From Lingula anatina (Eukaryota > Animalia > Brachiopoda): a stretch of DNA of 64,000 bases. The notes beneath the pieces are model-generated. The model made no database searches, was not told the origin of the DNA, and was given only the letters and a program-made list of their open reading frames with translations. Positions within the stretch are counted from its first letter, which is position 1. The number at the start of each line of letters is the position of its first letter. Positions 1-11,600 of the stretch are shown one piece after another. The translations under genes were made by a program, and so were the position numbers. Where the stretch lies: positions 14,818,001 to 14,882,000 of the forward strand of contig CM120649.1 of assembly GCA_051362555.1 (NCBI GenBank), read 5' to 3'.

Positions 1-429
1 TCCTGCATTCTACCAGGATAGCACAGAGATTTTATATTATATATACTGCCTGCAGAGAGAAAAACACTTTTAGTTAAAATGATGTTGAATGTGGCCTTAA
101 TCCTATGACGATTCAACATGCAATATTATCAAGACTCTATCACCATGGTAACAGAGTCCTGGGGTTATCAACAAAGTTGCATTAGTACTGTATGATATCA
201 TGCAAGTTAAAAAAACATAAAAATTGCCAGCCAAGAACAATAATTACAGCATTGTGATAAATCTTATTTTTTATACATAACCTGAAATAACATCTATATA
301 ATGTTAAAAAATACAAGAACCTGGGTAGTAACACAGGTACCATCACTGGTTTGAACAATATTTTAACAGAACATACATATGTCAGCCAATGATGAGGGTT
401 ACCAGTACAATAGTAGTCTATTCCAGCAC

Positions 430-460
<31 letters not shown>

Positions 461-2044
461 TTGGTGTTTTAAATGTGTATACTTGCCTGCAGTTTGCGGC
501 TACACATGTACTTCTGTGATGCCATCATAAGTGAGATGCACTTTAGAAAAAGATCAGTTGTATGGGTCTTTCAGTTAACCAGTCTTAAGTCAAACTGTTG
601 TATTTCACCCTTAATCACTCTCTTTGTTAGATGTTTCTCATTTTATATATAAAACAACTATATATAAACTTCCTCAATGCACTTTCATTTTTCTCCAGAA
701 AATCCTTTGAACAACATATTTAGCCAAATTCTCTCAAATTATGAAAAATGTACAAGTAGGCATCAGAGCTAATATCCCTGGAGTATTCCTGATTCCGTTG
801 ATCCGTCAGTTATATCGCTCACTTAAAGGCCTATATTCACTACTCCTAATATAATATTCATAACACATCAACTCCACATCCACTGAAGAGCTTCTGTGTA
901 GAAATCCTCTGAGATTTCTGTCAAGAGCTTTCTGTCAATAGTATACCATAATTTCTGTATACAATCATATTAACTCCCAGAGTATATACACTGTGAGTGG
1001 GAGTAAATCATGGATCTCACTTGCTAAAATATTCAAAAAATTGTTTCAATTCCATGGTACCCCACATTTGCCTCTTAAGTCAAGGGTGTTCTCCCAATAT
1101 ATACAGATTATCTGAATATATTTTTCTAGGCTCACAAACGCCAAAGGATGATTACCATAACTATATTACCATGACGACTTTGAGTTATCCTCATAGTTCT
1201 TTAATGCATGAAGGTTGACGTTGACTATAACTGCTTTGCCTGACAAGAGTTTGACTCGCCCAATCCCTGGAGCCCCGAGCCCCAGATCAAGAAGCTACGA
1301 AAAGCAGTGTCATATTCTACATAGGTGTCAGATCCTACCTCCACATAATGGAAAACCTGTCAATCTCTATCTTCTTTCTTCTCTGTGGTTATCCAACAGT
1401 TTTGTACAGCACTGAAAATGTTCACCGTCTTCTAAATGCCATCATATCAGAAACACTATCCCAGCTCCATAAATAAATGACTAACAATACATACTTCTGT
1501 TTCTTCTACCCTTTGACAATATTATGTGTTTCAAATATTGTTCGTATCAGTGCAGAGCCTTCAGCAAGACATGCAAAGGCCGCAATGTTACCCATGCACT
1601 GCCAATCTTTACGATCGTCCAGATACACTATCATTTGAACAGACGCTAAGAGAGCCCTTAACAATGCGTACCAACCTTCAAGAATCCATTCCACTAGCAC
1701 AGCTGGCTAATTTTGAATCAAATGAACATGTCTGCGTTTTCCAATAATTGCACACATCAATTACTGCTTATTTCCACATTCAAGTAGCCATACAGGAATA
1801 CCACTGTCATTTCCGTGCCTCTTCCCTGCAATATGTCAGAAGCACTGCATCTAAAGACCAATTTTCCTGATGTTATATTTACTTGGCTATCTGTGCTTAT
1901 AGACATCGTAGAAACTAGGAATTAAAGCTGTTAAGTCCCACAGCGAGTCATTTTTTTCAAATCAACCTCAATCAACCACACTGAAGTTCAGAGTGCCAAG
2001 ACCTTTTCTGTTTGAGAAACTAACACACTGAGAAACTGATAGCC

Positions 2045-2160
2045 ACCTTAACCCCCCCCCACACACACAACCTTAACCCCCCCCACCCACACACAACCTT
2101 AACCCCCCCCCCCCCACCCACACACATTCAATAACCCCACCCCACACAACACATAATTCC
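2045..2160. repeat. C-rich short tandem repeat (accttaa-C(n)-acacac), 3-4 copies
   Basis: Directly visible; G-runs on the minus strand. Confidence 0.8.
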
Positions 2161-3214
2161 CCCCTCAGCGTGCACTGTTATAGCCAGGTCAAGAAAGAAT
2201 CATTCCAAATTGAAAGCTTTAAAAGCATATTTATATATTTTTTGTAATATTACTATGACCTACCATTTCCAAATCAGTCCTGGAAAATTGTTTATTACAA
2301 AAAATTTGTTAACAATTTGAAATTCCCAAAGAGAGATCATAGGACTCTTGAGAAAAATAAACTGGTCAAGCAAAAACTTCCCAAAAATCCTAAAATTCAC
2401 AAGTGCAGATATTGTTTGGCCAGGCAACACGTACTACTGACCCAATTCAGCACATCAATAAACAGTCTGTATCTGATCAATGACCTAGATATAAGTCATT
2501 ATAGGTAGACCAATTTGACCTACATGTACAAACAGGTGCAATCAAGGGACACCTGGGGAAACCTGCCCTAAAAAATTATCATAAATTTTAATATGGCATG
2601 TACCATATGTGTCTTTGCCATAAGCACAAATCTTAAAATTTGATACAATTCATAACATTTTCTTGTATGCATTATTGGTCAATGACAGCAAGCTATTTAA
2701 ATTTACAAATGATATTTTTAAAACAACTAAAATTGTTTGCCTGACATATTTCCCTTAATTCTTCCTTTATCTTTCTTTATATCTCTGGGGACTTTGAACT
2801 TTGTTTACATATATTATGTTTTACATGGTTTGACTTCATGATAATGAACATGCAGAGTGCTATATAGCATTACAAAAGTTATATAACCACATTGTATACT
2901 GTATGTCTTTTCTTCTTTTCTTTAATCAAATGCTAAAAATAATTCATCTTAGTTAAGTTTCCTTCTTTTCCTTTTCTTTTAGCAAATGCTAAAAATAATT
3001 CACCTTAGCTGATGGAATTTTTGATAACTTTAACTAACTTCTATAATTTAACATTGTTCTGGCATAACTGATATATGTGATTTATCTATTTGGCTGTGTA
3101 CTTAGACCAAGACTACTATAGGTAGTTATATTAATCAATAATTCCTACAGTTTCTCTCACTGCTCTTAGACCTTTTTAACCATCCAAAATTCAAAACTGT
3201 CTTTTGTACAATAA

Positions 3215-3421
3215 GGGTGTATTCCCAGAGATTTAGATCGATCCAGGGATTAAGATTTAGATTGACCTAACTCCCTGGGGGATCACGCTAAATTGCAGTC
3301 GCTAATTACCCCCTTACAGCTTTCAGTAGGCGGGAAAGACGCTTAAGCCAGCTAAGCTGACAGTAATCTAGTGAGACTCCCCACAGGGATAGATCAATCT
3401 AAAATCTATGGAAATGGGGTC
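3215..3421. mobile_element. PIF/Harbinger-type (Tourist-like) MITE, copy 1
   Basis: TAA target-site duplication (3212-3214, 3422-3424); imperfect ~30-bp TIRs; homologous copies at 23001 and 32175. Confidence 0.8.
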
Positions 3422-3768
3422 TAAGACTCATTCAAACTGAATCCTATTTTGACAAGATTATCTGTAAATAAACATGCGTAGTAATTAAGACATTTGAATG
3501 AAATACCAGTGGAGCCAGAGTGATACTGTTTAAAGAAGGGACTGAGATATGCCTCCCCAGCATTTTCAAACCATGGACCAGTCTCTTTTTAAAAACTGAC
3601 AAGAAAATAAAAGATCATGGGTTCATCTACAATACTATAATTTGATCACGTAACGTGCAAATGCCACAAAGAGAAATGCCTATGATGCCTTACTACATGA
3701 GTATTGATTAAAGCATGCATATTATGAGTATCAAAAAGAACTAAATTGCATTATATAGTGGTACTGAC

Positions 3769-3849
3769 CTTTCTTTTGAGATTGGAGGACCCATTAGCTT
3801 GTTCCTCTTCTGGAGTGTCTGGTTCGTGAGAGCGCTTTCTGCCTGCCAT
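3769..3849 (-). CDS. First coding exon of a divergent gene, MAGRKRSHEPDTPEEEQANGSSNLKRK; possibly choline-phosphate cytidylyltransferase (PCYT1)
   Basis: Exon 3769-3870 bounded by ttttaag| and AAG|gtcagt on the minus strand; ATG in gcgATGG context; basic NLS-like N-terminus. Identity rests only on synteny and N-terminal character; the rest of the gene is presumably left of the window. Confidence 0.6.
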
Positions 3850-5215
3850 CGCAGCCTTTCTCTTTCTCACCTTAAAATAATACATAAACAGGCAATACGT
3901 GGTTATTATCTTTAAAAACTGAAAAACTACAACATTTTCCATGACATGTAAAAAGAGCAAATAAAATTGCACACATAGGTAAATAAGAATCTGCAACTGT
4001 AATTACTGTACACTATTGGCAAGATTAAATTTAATCTTTAACACATAAATGTTCACATGGTAATTTAGCCTCATTTTATGTAAATATAGCTCAGATTCGA
4101 CCTTTGTTAGAAACTTAACACTAAAGTTCCTATTCAAATGAAGTATGGTTTTCAATGCAGCAGTACAGTAAATGGAAATATAGTTACAATCAGTATTCAA
4201 ACACATACTATTTCCCAAAAAAAATTCTGAGGAGTCCTCAGAAAGGCAGGCTCTGTCAAAATCCAAATACTGCTAGCTGTTTCCAGACAAGTTTTAAATT
4301 TAATTCACTTCTTATTTCAGACAATAAGGGCACTAGCTAGTCAATTTTTTTTTTCTAAACATCATCCAAAACAATATCTTAGTAAAGCAAACAGATAAAA
4401 TGAACAATACGTGAGCAGTAAATACTTTACCTACCATTCTGAATATCAGTTATGAAATTCCACCAGCAAAATTGAATTAGTTATAAAAATTCTAATGAAA
4501 CCATTCACTATAGTAGATTAAATGCTTATAAATTGTATGTGAAAACTACATGTGGACATGTATCATTCTAAACATATATATACACAACCCCTGGTAGAAG
4601 GACTCTGGACTTCAGAATTTGTATATCTAAAGCCAATCAAGAAGTAATACATCAACCAGGTGCCCCTATTTTGGGGGGAGAGGAGACCAAAGGTTATTAT
4701 TAGGTCACTGTTAACCTTTAGACCTCTTCCATGCTTTGTGCAGATTTAAGCGGCAAAACAAGACTGCTGATAAACTACTCCCCTTATATCTACTTAGCCA
4801 GCTTTAATACATATTTGATTATTGATAGCGAGTGTCCCAGATTGTTTATGAGTATTTCGGTTATCTGTTTACTACTACATGAGTGTAAAACACGCAAGTG
4901 CAAAGGTCTTCAAAATAATCAAACATTTTCAGTATGTATACACGTGTGGAATTTAAAAATCACACTTACAGTTATGCGTAATAGAGTTGGATTTACAGTC
5001 AAAATATTTCGTCTCCGTCGCCGGCAGTGCAAACTATTGAAAATGACGAAATATGGCGTGATACAAATCAGCTGATTCACAAAATTGGAGGAAGACGTTA
5101 CAGTCACAGTAGAAAGAAAAATCTGAAGCTAAACATCATTTGGCCGCTCAGTTTTTATGCTCTTTCCTTTTCATTATCTGCAAATATACTTTAAGCTAAA
5201 AAGAAATACACTTAC

Positions 5216-5340
5216 CGATTTAAATCTAGTTCCGGCTTAAAGCATGGGTATAAAATTCCCTTGATATATTGAGAAACGTGTCAAGTTACCCTCTTATGGA
5301 TTTCCCTACTTCGTGTTTACCTGATACGTCATCAGATTTA
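5216..5340 (-). other. Candidate non-coding first exon of the minus-strand gene
   Basis: Consensus donor CG|GTAAGT on the minus strand at 5216/5215 within a CpG-containing zone; upstream boundary not determinable. Confidence 0.5.
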
Positions 5341-5583
5341 TGCTGAGGCCATTTGTTTATCTCTGGTTTCGCCACTTAAGTTTAATCTCAATGTAGAATT
5401 TTTGTGGTTCCAATATAACAAATGCAATGAATAAAAAGAACTGTTAACAAGTTCCTATGTTTATTTTGTGTCATTATTTCATGTTTCCTGGATTTAATGA
5501 AATATCTATCATCGAAACAAATGGATAAATTATGTCGTAGCTCTGCATTGTTTCGCGCCGTTTCTGAAATCGCGAAAATGGCG
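5300..5583. promoter_or_regulatory. Candidate bidirectional promoter with E2F sites
   Basis: TTTCGCGC at 5551-5558 and TCGCGAAA at 5570-5577 just before the POLA1 ATG; YY1-like AAAATGGCG 5575-5583; CRE-like TACGTCA near 5325-5331. POLA1 is an established E2F target. Confidence 0.7.
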
Positions 5584-5620
5584 CCAGGTCCCGCACAAGA
5601 GGATGAGCCGATTGTTGAAG
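5578..5620 (+). CDS. POLA1: POLA1 exon 1 ([14 protein letters not shown])
   Basis: aaaATGG start context, G|gtttgt donor; human protein also starts MAP. Confidence 0.8.
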
Positions 5621-8600
5621 GTTTGTATCTATGTTATTTCGATTCATATTTATGTTTTCTTTCACTGGTGACATGTACATGTTATCGTGATACCTCTAGT
5701 AAACTTTTGATGTGTTGACTTTGTCATAAGCGAACGATCGCAGTATTTAACAAGGAAGAAATCTACGGAAATTTTCAGTCATTGTGTTACTTTGCCGGCG
5801 GGACTGCCGACACCGACACTGATCACGACAGCAAGATAAGTAGGACATTGCAGATTAGTTTTAGTCTTCTACAGAAAATATGCCAATAAGATTGGCATCA
5901 AATAGGTTGGTCGAATTCTAACTCTAAGATAAAAACAAGATAGCGTATACAGATAATTAAACAAAAATAATTGCGTACATTTGCACATTGTACCACTCCA
6001 GTGAGGCAGCGATCTTTTCACAGAATCATACACTTATGATAGTCTTTAACATTTAATTGTCTCCTTTCGTATTCTTTAAAGATTCCCTGGCCAGGGGCAG
6101 ATCTCGCCGAACTAAGCAAGACAAAACCGGGAGGTTTGCAGCTTTGGAAAAGTTGAAGAGGGCCAAAGAGAGCGGAGAGAAACACAAATATGAGGTATGA
6201 TGCTTAACATCTATCTCTTTTATTAACAGTTTTACTGTGTATCTTTGTGCCTTAAATGTCTTTTTCCCCAGACTTCTCTCAACATTTGATAAGCAAGTTC
6301 TACTGCTGCACTTAATAAAGATTAAAAAATGTTAATGAAGGGTAATTATCAGGTCTTAATTTTGATATCAATTAATTGTGTCCATTGACAACTTTACACA
6401 TGGGTCAAGATGTATAATTGGCTTTATGATACTTTTACCTTGTCTGTATTTTGCTCTTAATTCTGTAAATGTAATTTCTCAATTAATTTTTGGTTGTGTT
6501 TGATATCTTGAAATATAAATGATAAATGTATTATTCAGCCTTGATTTATGGATACAGTTCATGGCCATCATTAATGCTTATTTATTTGTGTAGTTCACCG
6601 AAGAAGCAGCTGTCTATGAGGAAGTTGATGAAACAGAATATTCCAAAATTGTAAGAGAGAGGCAGGAAGATGACTGGATTGTGGATGATGGTAAATTTTA
6701 GGAATATATTTGGAAAATTAAATATGTATTTATATATCATTTCAGTATTTTTAACAAGTAAAGGTGAAGTTTCTATCCAGGCATACTTTTGAAATGCAGA
6801 ATATTTTACACCTGATTTAGAGCACCTTTGGAAAGATAAAAAATATACAGGTCCAGTTCTCGTATTCTATAAATATAATTATGGATTAAATAGGTATCAA
6901 TTCAATAATTTTTTTTATATCCCCATTTTCTCCACTCAATTTTTTTCTCCCTAGATGGCAGTGGGTATGTGGAAGATGGCAGAGAGATATTTGATGATGA
7001 ACTGGATGAGGACAATGTATACACCAGTAAAGGTGAGAGTGATTTTGAGAATTGCAGTACTTGGCCATCTTTCATTCACAAAAATTGTATTTGAAGTCAC
7101 TTTTTGCCAGACAAAAATGTTATTAGTGAACATATTTTCTTCAGACACTATGTCCCATGAATAATAAATGGTGCACATGAATGAAAAAATATTTGAGAGA
7201 TTTTTGTAATATAGATTTTAATATATGTTATACCATTGCTGATCTTTCTACGTTATTGTACACAAATTTTCATGTATAATATTGACAAGACATTCACGCC
7301 ATTTTGTCTTCATATTCAGCTAAGAAGGCAGTGGAGCAGTCCAAGAAGAGTAAGAACCCCAACATCATGAAGCCAGGGAGCAAACCCAAGGCTACAATCA
7401 AATCCATGTTCCAGGCACACACTGGCTTGAAGAAGAAACCTGTGGTATGGATAGATAATGCTTAGCATTTTTCACACTGCTATTGGACATACAATATAAC
7501 ACAACGCAACACAACACAATATGTGTATAATTTTATTTTAATTTGGTATGATTAAAATTGATATTGGCTTTACGGCTCTTTGCTGCTTACATCATATGTT
7601 AAAGTTAATTCAGTTTTGTCTGCCTCAACTTCATTATTTGATCCTTTTCAATTTGGTTCAGTTAGAGACATCGTCTTAAATTGGCAAATTTTATTTTCAA
7701 TCAAATGCCTTAACAAAAGCATATGATTAAGATTTTTTTATTTTTCATATTTTTATGATTTTTTTTATTTTTCATTTTTAACAGAAGGAGGTGAGTCTAG
7801 ATAATGATGATATTCTGGGAGATATCATGAATGAATTGAACCAGAATTCCTCTGCTCCAGCCTTCAAGCCACCTCCAGCTAAGATGGTCAAGAAACAAAA
7901 TGGACCTGCCAAGTAAGTACATTGATGATTTCTTTCTGTTAATCAAAATTAGAATTTTCAACTTATTGAGTAACTGGGGCTGAATACACCATGCACTTTT
8001 TTTTACTTAGATGAAAAATTTGGTGAGTGAATTGTTGGAGTTGGAAATAAAATGAGATGAACTGGATATTGCAATTTTATTGTTGATATTAAAGAGTTTT
8101 TACAGTATTGCTAAGTGTGACTTAATTTGATTGTTTTTCATGTCATCTTTGTAAAATATATCAGATTTTAAAGAAGATGTGAACTTTTTAAACCCCAGAT
8201 AAGTTTAATTTAAGAAAATTTGTAACACGGAGAATTGTTTTGAGCAGTTATTCATTTGGTGAAAAGACGACTATCAGTATCCTGATATTAACCTTTGCAA
8301 AGAAGATTATGTTTTTACTTTTGTGAATTTGTTAGTAAACAGCCTAATTCAACAAGTTATGGACAGGTTTTGATAAAATTTTAAAGATAGGTTTGGAATG
8401 GGCTAACAAAGATTTTTTTAGATTTTGGTGTGATCCATAAATAAATTAAGTAAACTGAACTGCCTTGGAAGGGATTTGTAGTCTCTGAATGCTTTTCTAG
8501 ATATCCCAGTGTATTTCTCCACTTTTCAGATCACCATACAACCCTTTTAATACTAAAGTGAAGTCCCGCGTGAGCCCAACTCAGCCCGCCAAGCCCTACC

Positions 8601-11600
8601 CCAGCCCACTGGCCTCTCAGAGGTCAGCTCCAAGGCCGGTGGTCAAGAAAATTAAACAGGAGATTAAGCAGGAAGTGGAAGAGAGCCCTGAAATTGATGA
8701 ATATGATAGTTGTCCTATGGATTATAGAGACGATGATGATGATGGTCAAGAAAATATTAAAGTTAAAGTTGAACCAAAAGGTATGTCAGGGATTTAAATG
8801 TTGCTTCCTGTAGTTTATTGGTAACACTGGCAAACACTTACCCATATATTTGTTATTCAAATTCTAAGTAATAAGTTTGGTAATTTATGAAAAAAATTCT
8901 GTTCAGCTGAATGGTACAACTTCCACCTGTATAAATGCAAATTATTTTTGTAAGTGGCATGGGAGGGAGTTGCATTTTAGTTTTAATTTCTATTGCAGAA
9001 AATGGCCATCATGAGTCGGAGATGGAGGTGGGGGACATCGACTTCGATGACAACTTTGGCGAGACTGAGGAACAGAAACCCAAAGTGAAGCAGGAGGTTG
9101 AGGACTCCAAACCAGTGATGTAGGTCTTCCATATTGCTGAAAGATTTTCTATAGCCCCAACCCCCTTTTTTATTGGTTTTTTATAGTTTTAGAGGAAAGG
9201 GGGATGTGTGGGATGATGGGGGGGGGGGATGGATGTTTGTCATGAAAAGGTAATTTGTCAGATTTTTAACAGCCATTTTTAAGATAATTTTAAACAGAAA
9301 TTAAAAAATTACATATTTCTCTATTTATGGTTTGTTAATCGTGGATATTCCATAAATTAAAGCACCTTAAAATTTGCTATGTTAAAACAATCTTCGACTA
9401 TTTTCTATCTTAGATCTGCAGAGTTCTTAGCTTCTAGCTGGGATACGATGCAAGATGGCGCAGACAGAGGAACCGCCATGACAGATGTTACAGTAGACTC
9501 GTCAAGCCTGCCCCTGATAACCAATGAAAATGGAGACCAGGTGCTGCGGATGTACTGGCTGGATGCATACGAAGAAAGGAGTAAATCGGGTAGGGGGACA
9601 GATTTTTTAATTTCCTGCTCACCAGATTTTGTAGATCTGGATAATGTGTGGATTTATTATTTTTTTTCATCTTATGTTCATATCAGTGTATGTATATTTA
9701 ATATGTTCATACTGCTTTCAGAAATGAATTAGTGTTTATATGTTTAGAAAAAGGTATGAAGGCTCTTAAATTTTCAAAAGAAATGTGAGGAGTATTAATG
9801 GAAAGATATGTCAAAAAATCATGTTACAACTCGTTTATCCTTGGAATAATAATTCTATGCCTGCTACCCATATTCTTTCTGTTTTATCCTCCTATTCATT
9901 CATTCATCCATTCATTCATTCATTCATTTGCTAATTTTTTTGTCCAGGGACAATCTACCTGTTTGGCAAAGTTTGGATTGAGTCAGCTAAGACCCACGTC
10001 AGCTGCTGTGTGTGTGTCTCCAATATTGAGAGGCAAATGTTCTTCTTGCCCAGATCCACTGTAAGTACTCACTAGTTCTTAATGAATTCTGTAAATAGAC
10101 TAAAGCTTCTAGCTGGGATACGATGCAAGATGGCGCAGACGGAGGAACCGCCATGACAGATGTTACAGTAGACCCCCCCCCCCCCCCCCCCCCCAATATA
10201 TAGCTGTGTAAAAGTTGAAAGTATTCCTTATGTTGCTAAATTTTGTAGTTAACACTTTTTCATTATGGACAAGCATTATAAGTTTCTTTCCAAATTTTAG
10301 ATAAGTTAGCCATATCTGTATTGTAAGTAACACTTAATAATCAGATAAGAACTGTTTTCTTAAAGTGGGGTAATATAATTATATCTGTCTATTATTCAGA
10401 GAGTGAATTTGAAAACTGGTCATGACACAGGAGAGGAAGTGACATTTGTTGATGTTTATAATGAGATCACCAAGGAACTAAAAGACAAGAGAAATATCAC
10501 CATGTTCAAATCCAGGGTAGGTACATTATAGTGCAACTTATTATTTTATTTTCAATTGAATCAGGAATTTGAAGGTTTTTTCATCATCATTTGAAATATA
10601 ATAGATCTTTTGTCAAATACACTAATTGAACAGTAAAGCATAGCCTTTTTCACAGAGTTTACATATTCATCAACACTTATTAAAGAAGAAAAGTCCAATT
10701 CTTTCATTTTTTGTCTCAGCCAATATTTATCTTTGCAATTCATAGCCTTATGAAGAAAATAATGAGGTACATCTGCAGTTTAATCTGTTTTCTGTTATAA
10801 TATCTGCTTTGTTTATTTCAGAAAGTGACAAAGGAATACTGCTTTGAGGTGGCAGACATTCCAGTGGAGTCAGAATACATGGAAGTCAGATATAACGTAA
10901 GATTTCCTTGAAAATCATACTTCCTGTTATGGGTTAGAGAAAAATATTTGGATGACTATGTAAACACTCCTATAATACGTTGCAATAAATTAAGGTGTCT
11001 GGTATTTGTATTTCTGTGTCTGTATACAAATAAAGTTTTGGAACAGAAGATACCACAGTATCAACTATATGTTTTTCCTTAACTTTGCTTTTCCCACAGT
11101 ATTGCTAAAAGGTAATGCTTTAAAACTTGGATTTCTTTGTGATAATGATGGATGTTATTTTCCACTAGCATGATTAAGAAATTGGGTAATTTAAGTGAAG
11201 GGAATCAAAACTTTTATTTACAACTGTTATAAACTAAGAAGAACGAAATGCTCTTTTCATTGCAGGGTGCCAAGTTTCCAACCAGGATACCACAGGAGCT
11301 GAAAGGAGAAACCTTCAGCCATGTTTTTGGCACAAATACCTCTTTGTAAGTCGACTCAATATGTTGAAGATTAACTATGGAATGAAGTTGAATGATTTAT
11401 GTGATTTTCATTGTTTCTGCTAAAGATCTATAAGTGCAACTAGGTATTATAGATGTTGATGTTAAAGTCACGATCTAGCAGTTATGAAATAAGGATGAAA
11501 ATGATGAACATAAATAGTCATGGAAATTTTTTTCTCGTATTTTAGTCTTCTTCACCCTGAAATTGTCAGATTACTGTGAAAGGCTTAAAACTCTACTTTG

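Noticed and set aside
1-70. Minus-strand acceptor (ctctctgcag|) as next exon of the divergent gene
   Set aside because: The frame required by the phase-0 upstream exon stops within six codons.
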